Source of the DNA: Candidatus Thorarchaeota archaeon
Lineage (GTDB): Archaea; Asgardarchaeota; Thorarchaeia; Thorarchaeales; Thorarchaeaceae
Assembly (NCBI GenBank): GCA_046482545.1
Contig: JAWOEX010000028.1
Location: 160,001 to 224,000 of the forward strand
DNA length: 64,000 nt
Direction of reading: 5' to 3'
A model generated the notes under the pieces. That model was not told the origin of the DNA and searched no databases. It worked only from the letters and a program-made list of their open reading frames with translations. Below, in pieces: positions 39,675 to 51,200 of this stretch. The position numbers and the translations under genes were made by a program. Position 1 is the first letter of the stretch. Every line of letters begins with the position of its first letter.

Positions 39675-42600
39675 TTGTCAGGTCGAGAATTTAATGATGA
39701 AACTGGAGAACCTACTGCTGATGAAGAAGAGCACGAAATCTCAGAAGGCCTACCCGCGGCCATAGAAGAAGCCGAGAAAACCGAAGCAGATGGAATGCTA
39801 GGCATAAGCAATGAGGAGGTGCAAGCTTATTCTCTTATCATCACGCTAGGTAATATAACCAAGGGCGATCTTGCCCTCTTGCTTCGCGAGCAAGGCCTAG
39901 ACGATACAGAACGAATTCTTCAGAATCTGAAAGAGAAGGAGATGATCGTTGAGCTACCAGGAATTATCACACGGTATCAGGCAGTTCCACCATTTGAAGG
40001 GTTAGCTGAAGAAGTAAGTCAAATTGGGAATCGTATTGAATCCCTACGTATGGAGCTTAAGGAGCAAATCAGATCCGCATCCACGCAGGTACGCGATGCA
40101 CTTTTGGACCTCACCTCTGGAACACTAGAAACCACCAAATCAAAAGAGGCTGAAATCCGCAAATCAAAACAAGCAGGGCTCGACCGTTTTGATTCCGTTC
40201 TCGTAGACCTAAGAACAGAGAGAGAATCGACGCAGGCAGATTTCGGTTCCGAAATGAGCGAGCTATCGTCTTCATGGAGCCAGAGCAGCATATCACAATT
40301 AGAATCGATTTTGGCCGACTCCAAATCCAAACTAACCTCTTTCAAGAACGAAGTTGATGGTGAATTATCTGGCATTCAATCTGACACAAGGGACAACCTC
40401 CAGGCCTTGAATTCTGATCTTAACAGTGCTGTAGCAAATCAGGTATCCAATTCAGTTTCAAACATCAATAGCCAAATCAACAATCTCCAAGAGGCCGCCA
40501 GTTCTCAGTCTGATACTCTAACAGAAAGCCTAAAAAATACCGAGAACAGCCTGCAGAGCGCAATTCAGGATTCTAAACAAGAAGCCAGCGACTCACTGAG
40601 GAAGGCTTCGAATGAATTAACCACCAACCTAGAAACCACAGAGGAGCAAATGGAGACCTCTGTTCAGGAGACGGTTGAGTCTCTGAGCAAAAGCTATGAC
40701 GCTCTCCAGACCGTAATGGTTTCTGCAATCAGGGAGAGAAACAGTCACGAAGAAGCCATCCTCGATAAACATTCACAGGCCCTTGATGACTCAATCGCAT
40801 CTTTCTCATCATCAAAGGATCAAGCTGTATCAAGCATGAAAAGCTCACTCCATAGTGCGTCCTCTGAATTCTCATCTTCAGCAAGGAACACTATCGATTT
40901 GATTTCTGAGCAGACAGTGGGTATGAGCAACAGGGTCAGCTCACTTACAGATTCCACGCTCGATTCTATGCAAGGAATTGCATCAAACGCGATCCAGAAA
41001 TCCTATGATGAATTGGATGAATACTCTACGGAGAGCTTGGAAGAGACCAAGCAATCGCTATTACAGCAAGAACAACAGGTTAGGAATGCCATTCAGACAA
41101 CGGGAACCGATATCAATACACTAAATCGTGAATCATTGGATATGACCACAGGGATGTTAGAAAACTACAGATCTGCAATAACTCTCAATCTCAAACAGAC
41201 CCTGGAATCAGCAAACAGCGATTTAGAGCAATTGACGCAAGAGACGGTTGCTGACCTAGAGTCGTTAGCACAGACGATGCAGCAAGAAGTAACGAAAATA
41301 GTCACCCGAGCGAAATCGAAGACTGAAGAAATGAGCTCTCGAGCAACCGAGCAGATGAACTCATCGTTCACATCGCACATAACAAACATAGAATCAGAAA
41401 TATCGAATCATATCACAGAATCTCGAAACAAGCACGATGAACTCACCAACAGGATAGATAGCAGAGTCGAAGGTGAGATCGCATCGAGCTCGGACATGTT
41501 TCAAGATATACGTACAAAAATGTCTTCGAATCATGAACAGCTTCTTGACAAAAGCGACCGAGTACGAAGGTCTGTTCTCGGGAATCTTGATGCAAAGCTA
41601 GGAGAACAGAAAGAAACTGCGGAGAGCTCACTGGACCAAGCTGTTGAAGAAACCAATCAGTTGCTCACAACACTGCATCAGAGCCTAGATGAAAGCGTCC
41701 AGAAGATGGAGAATGCTGGAAAAGCGGTCAGTTCGTCTCTTCAACGCTCTACCGAAAAGCTCACCCAAGAGCATCAGACTGCCAAAGCAGAATTCATAGA
41801 AACTACCAGAAATGAATTATCAGCCGAGTCAGAATCACTAATAGGTCGTATTGGAACGCTAACCTCAGAAGGAAAAACGGAGGTACACAACAAAGCAAAT
41901 CTGACAATGAACTCCTTATCGGAATCCGTCGAATCGATACAGGGCAGAAGCTCTTCCAAAATCGACAATTCTTTGATGGCAATGGAATCAGAATTGGCCG
42001 ATGTCTCTGAGAACCTTTCTAACAAATTGGCTGCCGCTCGAGAGAATACTGTATCGACCTTTGAAACCGCCATTAACGAAATTGTCAGCTTATTAGAAGA
42101 GACAAACTCTGCTCTATCCGAACAGAAAACAACTGTGCAGACGAAAGTGAATGATACAATCGCTAGTTCGCTTAAAGGAACCAAAGCAAGATTGGAATCA
42201 GGTAAGATCGCTCTCGAATCATCAACTGGAAGTATCCAGAATGAAATGGAGACAGTTGAGAACAGACTTCGCACAGCTATCTCATCAGCAGGCAATCAGA
42301 TTACTTCTAAAGCCGCAGCTGGGTTATCTGAATCGCTTGAGAGTAGTTCAAACACAGTTGAAGGGCTTGTTCAGAACACACGCACAGATACAGAGAAGAG
42401 CTATGATGACCTACTTGGTCACGTTTCAAGCATGAAAGCAAGCCTGACAAACATCGTTCAAAAACTTGAGGAGAGCCCAATGATAGGCTTAACTGCAGAA
42501 ACATTGGATGAGGCATTTGCTGCTCCTGCCGGCGAGAGGATAGATGCAAGTCAGGTTGCGGAAAGTCTATCCTCAGTCTGGGAGCGGCTTGGAACTACAA

Positions 42601-43037
42601 AGTTTCCGGGAGCAAAGAGAACATGGAACGTTGTAACTCGAGAAGCAATACTTGCGCACATGCAGGATATGCTTTCTAGAGCAAAATCGAAGGTTACCAT
42701 GATTCTACCAGAAGCAACGGACATTCCAACAGACTTTCTCAAAAAACTGAAGTCAAGCATCGGTGTTGAGCTTGTTGTAACAGAGTCGCCACGGTTGAGT
42801 GAGAAAGTGGGTCCCATAGTTGGCCGTGGAAACATCAGGGTGCGCAGCCGATCCGAGAAAGATGTGTATGCGTGTGTTCGTGATAGCGAGGAGGTACTTC
42901 TTGCTCCCGCTACAGCCAAGGATAGCGATACTATCGGCTTCGTTTCAGAAGACGATGGCTTTGTTCGTTTCGTGATGAGCATCGTCGGACCGATTTTCCA
43001 GGCGAGAACGAACTTGCTCAAGCCGGGAGGTTTCTAG
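39675..43037 (+). CDS. TrmB-like wHTH + very long coiled coil + C-terminal TrmB effector/PLD-like domain
   Basis: EEVQAYSLII..G...RILQNLKEKEMI...RYQAVPP (TrmB HTH); about 850 aa Ser/Glu/Gln-rich helical region almost without Pro; TW.V..REAILAHM.DML.RAKSKV...P...DSEEVLL. TTG 39675 follows GGAGA. Confidence 0.82.
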   Translation: MSGREFNDETGEPTADEEEHEISEGLPAAIEEAEKTEADGMLGISNEEVQAYSLIITLGNITKGDLALLLREQGLDDTERILQNLKEKEMIVELPGIITRYQAVPPFEGLAEEVSQIGNRIESLRMELKEQIRSASTQVRDALLDLTSGTLETTKSKEAEIRKSKQAGLDRFDSVLVDLRTERESTQADFGSEMSELSSSWSQSSISQLESILADSKSKLTSFKNEVDGELSGIQSDTRDNLQALNSDLNSAVANQVSNSVSNINSQINNLQEAASSQSDTLTESLKNTENSLQSAIQDSKQEASDSLRKASNELTTNLETTEEQMETSVQETVESLSKSYDALQTVMVSAIRERNSHEEAILDKHSQALDDSIASFSSSKDQAVSSMKSSLHSASSEFSSSARNTIDLISEQTVGMSNRVSSLTDSTLDSMQGIASNAIQKSYDELDEYSTESLEETKQSLLQQEQQVRNAIQTTGTDINTLNRESLDMTTGMLENYRSAITLNLKQTLESANSDLEQLTQETVADLESLAQTMQQEVTKIVTRAKSKTEEMSSRATEQMNSSFTSHITNIESEISNHITESRNKHDELTNRIDSRVEGEIASSSDMFQDIRTKMSSNHEQLLDKSDRVRRSVLGNLDAKLGEQKETAESSLDQAVEETNQLLTTLHQSLDESVQKMENAGKAVSSSLQRSTEKLTQEHQTAKAEFIETTRNELSAESESLIGRIGTLTSEGKTEVHNKANLTMNSLSESVESIQGRSSSKIDNSLMAMESELADVSENLSNKLAAARENTVSTFETAINEIVSLLEETNSALSEQKTTVQTKVNDTIASSLKGTKARLESGKIALESSTGSIQNEMETVENRLRTAISSAGNQITSKAAAGLSESLESSSNTVEGLVQNTRTDTEKSYDDLLGHVSSMKASLTNIVQKLEESPMIGLTAETLDEAFAAPAGERIDASQVAESLSSVWERLGTTKFPGAKRTWNVVTREAILAHMQDMLSRAKSKVTMILPEATDIPTDFLKKLKSSIGVELVVTESPRLSEKVGPIVGRGNIRVRSRSEKDVYACVRDSEEVLLAPATAKDSDTIGFVSEDDGFVRFVMSIVGPIFQARTNLLKPGGF

Positions 43038-43075
43038 GTATGGGCACAAGGGCACCCTTCAGAGTTAAAACCTAA

Positions 43076-44095
43076 ATGCAGTGGCGGGTGCTGGTACACA
43101 TGTCCCCAATCCAAATATCCCCTGCTCAGGACCTAGATGTGTACCTTAGCATATGGGAGCAAGGAGTTAGGAACCTGTATTGGGCGCAAGAAGATTACTT
43201 GATGGATCTTAACCTCTCAGAAGAGCGAGCCGAGATATCTGCCAATTGGGCCAAAGAAGGGCACGAATTCTTGCTTGCGGAAGATGAGGCTAGAAATCCG
43301 GTAGGTGTCATTGGATATAGATGGAGTAATGATGGCGGTCGAATTAGAAACTGGGAACCTGTTGCAACATCCTCTACAAACAGAGGAGAAGTCAGGAATG
43401 TTCTGCTGGAATCCTCGTTAAACAACATACAGGAATATAGCTGCTCCTACTGTATATATCGCATAAAACATCCATATGACGATCCAGAGCCAGCCAAGCC
43501 CTTTCTAAAACTCTATGAGAATGCGGGGTTCTCACGTGCACAACCTGACGCAATATCATTGCTTCTGGATTTTGGGGAACAGCAGTTTAAGCAGAATCCC
43601 GAAATTGATTTGGAGATACGGTATTGGGATGAGTTCAGCGAGCAAAAGCTCGTTGACTTCTCTTTGCTTGCCTATGCAACCACGGAGAATGACGTGAGAA
43701 TTCACAGTTACGATAAAGCAGTCACCAATCCGAAGGTAATACCCAAAGTCCATGAACATCTTAGAAATGGTGTTATTGGTCCCACGTCTCCAAAGCTCTG
43801 GAAAGTTGGATTAGTTGACGGAGAACCTGCTGGTTTCATAGGTTCCTTCATACTAGAGAGAGCAGAAAGTAGACGAGTCAGCGTCCTCGGTCCTTTGGGG
43901 GTATTTCCAGAATATCGAAGAAAAGGCGTTGCTACACGACTGATTCAGCTTCAGCTTCGTGACTTACAGGATATGGGCTGCCATTATGCATATGTTGGAA
44001 CACCTCATAACAACACTAACGCTATCGCACTATATCAGAAAACGGGCTTTCAAATAGTGGACAGGCAAATATTGCTTCGGAAGAATTTCGAATGA
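43076..44095 (+). CDS. Tandem-domain GNAT acetyltransferase
   Basis: C-terminal LGVFPEYRRKGVA and NTNAIALYQKTGF; degenerate N-terminal GNAT (LYENAGF). Confidence 0.88.
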   Translation: MQWRVLVHMSPIQISPAQDLDVYLSIWEQGVRNLYWAQEDYLMDLNLSEERAEISANWAKEGHEFLLAEDEARNPVGVIGYRWSNDGGRIRNWEPVATSSTNRGEVRNVLLESSLNNIQEYSCSYCIYRIKHPYDDPEPAKPFLKLYENAGFSRAQPDAISLLLDFGEQQFKQNPEIDLEIRYWDEFSEQKLVDFSLLAYATTENDVRIHSYDKAVTNPKVIPKVHEHLRNGVIGPTSPKLWKVGLVDGEPAGFIGSFILERAESRRVSVLGPLGVFPEYRRKGVATRLIQLQLRDLQDMGCHYAYVGTPHNNTNAIALYQKTGFQIVDRQILLRKNFE

Positions 44096-44128
44096 TGTCT
44101 CCCTTCTGAAGCGAAAACCTGCAATATT

Positions 44129-44607
44129 CTATGATTCAAGTATCTCGTTTATTTTCTGAGCTCGTTCAGCATCTCCGTGTCTACCAAGCCTCTCATATGA
44201 CTCCAGCTGGTCAACTAGCGTAGACACAGGTATCCGGCCTTGTCCAATATCTATCATGTGTGGCGATTCGAGTCGATTATTCAGAGAGAACCACTTCTCG
44301 CCTCTTTTCTCTTTGAAATCGCCCATGATTTGGACCTTAATACCATGAATCGTATACTCCCCCATGTATGATTCAAACAATGCGTCCTGCCAAATACAAC
44401 AGATTGAGTTTCATATTTCTTGAGGATTCTGCCGATTTCGAACGCATCTTCTTTGCTGCAGATTATATCAATGTCTTCTGGTTCCACATCAACACCCTGC
44501 AAGGCTAAGCTGGTACTCCCCACAACAAGCCATTTTACTTTATGACCATACAATAATAGGGCAACTTCTTTCAGAGCACGCACAATTTTTCGGTTCATGG
44601 AATTCAA
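44129..44607 (-). pseudogene. Frameshifted nucleotidyltransferase (Pol-beta/ANT-like)
   Basis: WLVVGSTSLALQG....EDIDI in 44281-44607 continues, after a shift near 44385, into FESYMGEYTIHGIKVQIMGD in 44129-44380. Confidence 0.75.
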
Positions 44608-44704
44608 TATTCAGTTCACAATTGCTGTTTTAAATGGTCAACAACTAAGCAATACGGTGTTTTCAACAACTTGATTGGGTTTGATTTCCTGACAGAGAGA
44701 GAAG

Positions 44705-45148
44705 CTAGAGTGATTTGCCAAGAAATACCTTTTTGATATCATTAGGCAAACGATCAAAAACACCAAAGGTCTCGTAGCCTAGGTCTTGATAGAACTGCGG
44801 GGCCTGAAACGAATAGCTAAATGTGATCGCGGAGATACACCCATTGTCTCTAGCAATTCGCTCAGCTTCTTGCACGAGTACTCTGCCATAGCCCCGCCCC
44901 CTATGTTTCTGGTCAACCCACAGATGGCGAATGTATAGACTCCTATACATTGCTTGCCCGAAAAGCCCGCCCACCGCTTGATTTTTTTCATTTCTCAAAG
45001 CCAAGATTATCAGTTCCCCCGGTTCTGACGATAAACCATTGGATTTCTCGAGATTGTACTGGGCCAATTTGGAGAGCAAGCCTTCTCGTTCCTCTTCATT
45101 TACGCCATGACTCACTTGAAGCTCATCATTCTCCTCTTTTTGGGTCAT
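44705..45148 (-). CDS. GNAT N-acetyltransferase
   Basis: LWVDQKHRGRGYG; SFQAPQFYQDLGYETFG. Confidence 0.92.
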   Translation of the reverse strand: MTQKEENDELQVSHGVNEEEREGLLSKLAQYNLEKSNGLSSEPGELIILALRNEKNQAVGGLFGQAMYRSLYIRHLWVDQKHRGRGYGRVLVQEAERIARDNGCISAITFSYSFQAPQFYQDLGYETFGVFDRLPNDIKKVFLGKSL

Positions 45149-45212
45149 TTGTTTTTCTCCAATTCCTTGGTGAATGAATAGTGAGATAAGTTTTGCATCC
45201 TATTCCGTCAGC

Positions 45213-48200
45213 CTAGCCTTCCCATTCCTCTGGTAATGATTCAATCACCGATTTGATCCGCCTACGAACTGCAACTGCCAGGATCCCGATGATTCCTAAG
45301 CCGCCACCCAGTGGAATCGCGCTTTCAGACATAGGTATGTTGATTGGTGGAGATTCTATCGAGAAGGGAATACTAATCGAAGCATTCTCAATAGCGGGAA
45401 GACCTCCCAAAGTGAGGTTGAGAACATGTTCACCAATCGTAGTTGGCGAAAATGTAACTTCAATGGAGGACATCCGAGAGGCAGACCCGTTAACGGTCTT
45501 CACCAAGTTGCCATCCGGTCCGTACAGCTCGCCCATCACCGTGAAGGCACTGTTTTCACGAGCGCCAGCAATCACGAGCGTGATATTGGCCTTGCATTCT
45601 GCTCCTACATAGGGTTCAGATAAACCACTCAAGGAAGCGCTTAGTTCGGGCAAAAGACTCACTTGACCTTCAACTGAACAAGGATTGTTAAGCTCCGAGC
45701 CACGATAGGAAACGACAACATCGTAGTTTCCGGCATATTCGAGATTGAACTGCGCTTTTGCTGTACCTACCCAGTCAGTCGCAATAGTTTGTTTAGCCAC
45801 CGTTTGGCTCCCGTATAGAATCTCGATGCGAATAGGGGCACCTCCGATTTTGTGATTCTCTCTAGTCAGTCGTACTGACAGTTTGAATTCCTCGTCGTAG
45901 TAGGCAGCCTCTGTGAGATCCACGAACGTGAGAGACGTAGCGTATCGAGAAAGAACCACAATCGAAAGTTCACAGGCTTGACGGAATTCTGTACCTGCAT
46001 ATGAAAAAGTAAGCGTGTAATTCCCAGCTATCCTAGGCGTCCAGTCTATCGTAGGTGGTCCTTCGGCTAAGTCTATGGTAGTGCTTGTTGAAAGGGAATT
46101 GCCGTATATTTCCTCTCCGTCGGGATTGTAAAGACTTACTCTGATAGTTCCGTCATTGATTGTCCCATTCAACGAATCAACCAGCACAATGGTCATACTG
46201 TGTTCTTCTTGAAGATTGCCGGATAACTGCTGGTTGGTCGGAACAATCCTAGTAACCGTAGTCACATCGAACTCGAATACGGTACTGTCTCCCAGTCTCA
46301 GCGATGTCTCTTCAAACATGGTATTGAGCTGATAGGAACCACAATGAAGGGCAAGCAAAGAAAGCCGGATGCTCGCATCTTCCAGTATCGTGCGGTTTTT
46401 CAAATCGACAAGCCCATTGGGACCTTGTAGCTCGTAGTAGAGACCTTCCAGATCAGATATTGCATCTGTTCTCTCGTCGAGTATTTGGATAGTAAGATTA
46501 GCATTGCTAGCCCTATCTGCTGTCATAGGACCGTCAATAGTAATCTTCGTCGTACCCCGCACAAAGACCACTATGGTAGTGCTACTAGGATGGTAGTGGT
46601 CGGTTCCTAGGAATTGGAAGATAATCGTGTGATTGCCTGCTCTCGTGAATGCAATGCTAACATTCTCTGGACGCTGACTATATTGCTCGATTTCATCGCT
46701 GAAAACAAGTCCTTCTTCCTCATGATACACGTTGTATGCAATATCACGCCCTTCGAGTGGTATACCTCCGGAATCAATAAGCAGCAGACTCAGGTTCAAT
46801 GGAGCCAATCCAGCAATGATATCGTTTTGATCAAGCAGCTCAACCTGAATCTCCGTTCCGTATCGAACATCCACTTCAACACTTGATTCCTTCTGAAGGT
46901 AGGCTCCGAGTCCGTCAAATCGTACAGACACCTGCCATAGCCCTTCTTCTTCCAAGATGCTGCTATGTTCAACATAGCCAGTAGAATTCGTAGTCAGAGT
47001 CACCTCATTCGAGATAGAGGGTGCATTGAGTTCTATGACGAGATTCATGTTAGCCAAAGCATGTCCTTGCTTATCGGTCAGCTTTGCCGAAAGATCCAGT
47101 GTATCACCGACTTCCAAGTCCTGCGAGCAATCAACACTCACAGAGGTACGGGAGTATATCATCAACATGGACTCGTTCTCGAATCCATATACCAGAGCCG
47201 ATCCTGCGAAAGATATGCTGAGGGTATGATATCCATGTTCCTCTGAAGTGAAGCTGAATCCCGCTATTCCTTCCGATACAGTAAGTGATAGTTGACCCAA
47301 CCAGCCCCCTAGATCGACTGTCTCTCCATATGGGTTTACAAGTTCAATTTCCAGATTGATAGCATCAATTGGAGTATCTAGCTCGTTATAGACACTAAGA
47401 GAGACGTTCGTCTGCTCATCTGAGACTGGGTTGGTTACATCTAAAGATACCTTGGCTTCTGTTTTGACAGTTAGCTGTTTCTGCGATTCACCACCGACCA
47501 AATACTGGTTGTCTTCGGGCCGCGCTCGAAGAATGATATTCCCACAGGCATCATCAGCCAAATAGGAAACAATCGCGATACCAGAATCGTTGGTATCGAT
47601 CTGGATTGTCCATAATGGAATCAGGTTCATGTCAAGGGCTTCGAAGACGACAGAAACACCACTTGTCTCTGTTTGGCCAGTGAGGTTGTACATAGCCTCA
47701 ACTGCAGCATACACATCACAGGAAGTTGTGTTGAGATGGAGCAAACCCCCAATTTCAGCCATAACAGAAATTGTACTGATAGTAGTATTCTCTAGGTAGT
47801 AATTGCCGCCTGCATGGACTAGGGTTAGAGTAGCAAGACCTCGTTGACCTGGTGTCCAGTGAACATGCTTGTAATCAGTCCCTGACAGCAAGTTCGCTTC
47901 AAAAACTACCTCGCCGTTCATCTCAATAGTGACAGTCAAACTCCGATTAGGAATGGCATCATCTAGTGCATCTAGGACTAACATACTCAACTGTGTATCT
48001 TGACTCACTAAACATGTCCAATCATGTTCAAGAACAAGAGTTGGAACAACCTGAACTCGCTGCACGAAATTATCTGTATCTGAAGCATTCAGCTGTGATC
48101 CTGTATATGTAGCGATGATTTGAAAGTCACCGACTTCATCAAACTGATAGGCGTAGACAAATTCGCCCTGTTCACCGGCAATAAGATTTGCACTACTAAT

Positions 48201-51200
48201 TTCTCCAATACCACTCTGGATTATGACGAGCTTGATCAGTTCTCCGACCAATGGTTCATCTGCCCAGTCAGAAAGGTCGCCCACGATGCCAAGCGTAGTT
48301 CCTTGACTGATTGGCATGCCGGAATTCTGCAGACTGAGCTGAGATATTCCAAATACCTGTGAATCAAGAGTGTCTGAACATTCTAGGAGATAATCTTGCT
48401 TGTCGGTACTAATTTCAATGGCAACAGTCCCAGGTTCATTGAGGTGCACTTCAAGCGCTATACTGCCTGTTTGAGATGTCGAATCTGTTGCATTCATGAT
48501 TTGCATGCCATTCAGGAAAACCATGACTTCGATTTCGATACCCTCCAGGTTTTGGTTATACGAATCAGACAGATGGACAGCAAACTGGTTGTTTAAGGGG
48601 GCAAGTGGATCCTCTAGCCAGTGAATATCTACTGTAATTTCATCAAACACCTCAACCGCCATGCTGGAGTTCGTGGCTTCATAAACACCTTGTCTAGCTG
48701 ATGAGGTTTCGATGGTGGATACACCTCTGATGTTTGGAGTCCATGTAAAACTGGCACTACCCGCGTTCGTTGTTGCACACCAGTCAATAGTTGTTCCATT
48801 AGGAAGGAGAATAACTGCCGATACTTCTAGACCATCCACCGGCTCAGAAAGATGGTTTTCGGCGTAAATTATCAGGCTGTATTCCTTTCCACAGAGCAGA
48901 CCATCAGGGAGGTCCATTGAAAGGGTAACAGGAATTCTCGCGGTTAAGTCAGCATCGCTAGAAGCATCCCCCCGCGAAATGCTTCCATCGAAACTGGCAT
49001 TGATGAGATAGTCACCCGCCGTACCAGGCCTCCATGTCAAAGAAACCATCGCAGATGAATTCGTCAGCAAATCATCTTGGTATACTATACTAGAAGGCAA
49101 GTAGGTGATTTCGATTGATACCACTTCGTTAACAAGTGGACTCGAATTTGAATCCTCTAGAAGGACAACAATCTGCAAATCATCAGTTACCAACACTGAG
49201 GAATGCGTTGGAGATAAGAAGGTAATATTGCTTGACGAGAAGGAGATGAAGCTTGATTGGGTATTAGATCCTTTCACGAAATCGGCTCCTTCGAAGATCG
49301 CTTTTACAGAATAGTTTCCATTCTCGTAGAGGCCAATTACTAGTGAAACATGACCAGTCGAATTCGTTTCGAGATTCCATTCTGAAACCTCATTTGAGGG
49401 AGAGAGTACCTCTACTGAAACCCAGAAGCCGCTTAGCGAAATACCCTCTTCTGAGATGAGTTGCGCAGTTAGAGTCGCTTCACCATACTGGTCATATTCA
49501 TCCTGAATGTGCCAATCTAACGAGCTCTCTTCATAGACCAGCATCTTCCCTTGGGTTTCGGTTCCCTCTATGCTTCCATTGTTCCGAGTACACAGATTAT
49601 ATGTGTAATTCCCGCGCTCGGTGGTAATCCACTCGAATGAGTTTCCAGATAGAGCAGAAATCATACTATCAGTGTGAACAGTAACATCGTTTGAATCCAG
49701 AATCTCCAAGGTTACGTTTTGGCCCTCAACGGGGGTTCCGTTGCAACTGAATGTCAGAGAGTAGTCTATGGTTACTGGCTCATTTATCCGAGCATCTAGG
49801 ATATCGGAAGATTCTAGATCTGTGGATATTGGTTCAATAACGGAGACCTCTTCTGTTAGAACGAGCTGTTCACAATACTTTCTTTCAAGAGTTACTGCCA
49901 GAGTGTAGTTGCCTTCTGAATAGTCCAAAGTTGATACTTCAAAATCAAACGGCGATACTCGGTTTGCATAGAATGATTCCTCATTGAACGTTGTATTGTG
50001 CAAAGAGACAGTACCATTCGTGTCCCCGGCATCAGATCCTGTTGAAAGCTCCCAACTGACTGTCCCGGATAAGATATAGCCCTGGAGAATCTCAGAAGAG
50101 CCAATATCAAGGAATCCAGCAAGCTCTCCACTCACAGTAACGGTTTCCACGGAGTAAGCTCGTACAGCAGCATAGTCTGTCACAGCTACAGTCACATCTA
50201 GAGGGCCTAATGATGATTTGTCGTTGGGTACCACTATGTAGATTACGTCATTTGAAGACACATTTTCAAAGGTAGTCCAACCATCGAAAGCGTTCACTTT
50301 GACAATGTGCTGTGTGAGATTCGAAGTAATGCTCAGATTGATTGCAAGCGACTCTCCGAGTGATGCAGTTTCGGCAATCGAAGTCACTAGCCTTGTTCCA
50401 GTCACATTGACTAGTCGAAGTCTGAGCCCAAGAGTTGAGACCAGCTCAAGCATGTCAGCTGTAAAGACGGGTTGCCAGAGTTCGCTACTATTGAACCAGC
50501 CTTCATCGAAAGAATCCTCAAGTTTGTCAAAAACAGCTGTCGTGTTGACTGAATCAAGATTAACATCAAAGGAGCTTGATTTGAGCAGAGCTAGGGTTGC
50601 AACATCATTACTCAGTGACCAGAAATCATCATATTGCAAACGAGTTTGGATTTCCGCTTCTATCTCGTCCGCCATGGTCGAGGTTATCAACCCAAGACGC
50701 AGGGCAGCTCTGGTTGATAGTAAATCCACAGCAGATTGTTGATTGCAGTATGGTCTAATTGTCCAGTCTTGGCTTGACCAAGAACCACTGTCGTATTCGG
50801 ATAATACCGCTGATTCTAATGCAGATCTGTACTGGATGAAGTCCAGATGATCAAGCTGGTAAAGCGCTTCAACTGCAGCTACGGAGTGTTGCATACTCGC
50901 CGTGAAAGAAGCAGCATACGAAGTCGGTTTGAAATGACCGCCGATGTACTGTGATAGGGTGACATAGTTGGTTGCTTGAGAGGCGACTTCACTCGGGATT
51001 GCACGACCTGCCGTCATGAATGCTTCAATTCCAAGCAGGTTGGCCCAGACACTTCGTATTCTGTATTGATCATAACCGTATTCGATAGAAGATCCAGCAG
51101 TCAGATTATTCCATGTTGGATACATGGCGAAGGCATCAAAGGTCAACAGGTACTCGGATAGTTTCGAACGGTTTATCGCAGAAATGTGTGAATAGCGTGA

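Noticed and set aside
39675-43037. SMC/Rad50 or methyl-accepting chemotaxis protein
   Set aside because: No Walker motifs, hinge, zinc hook or MCP hairpin signature; termini are TrmB-like.
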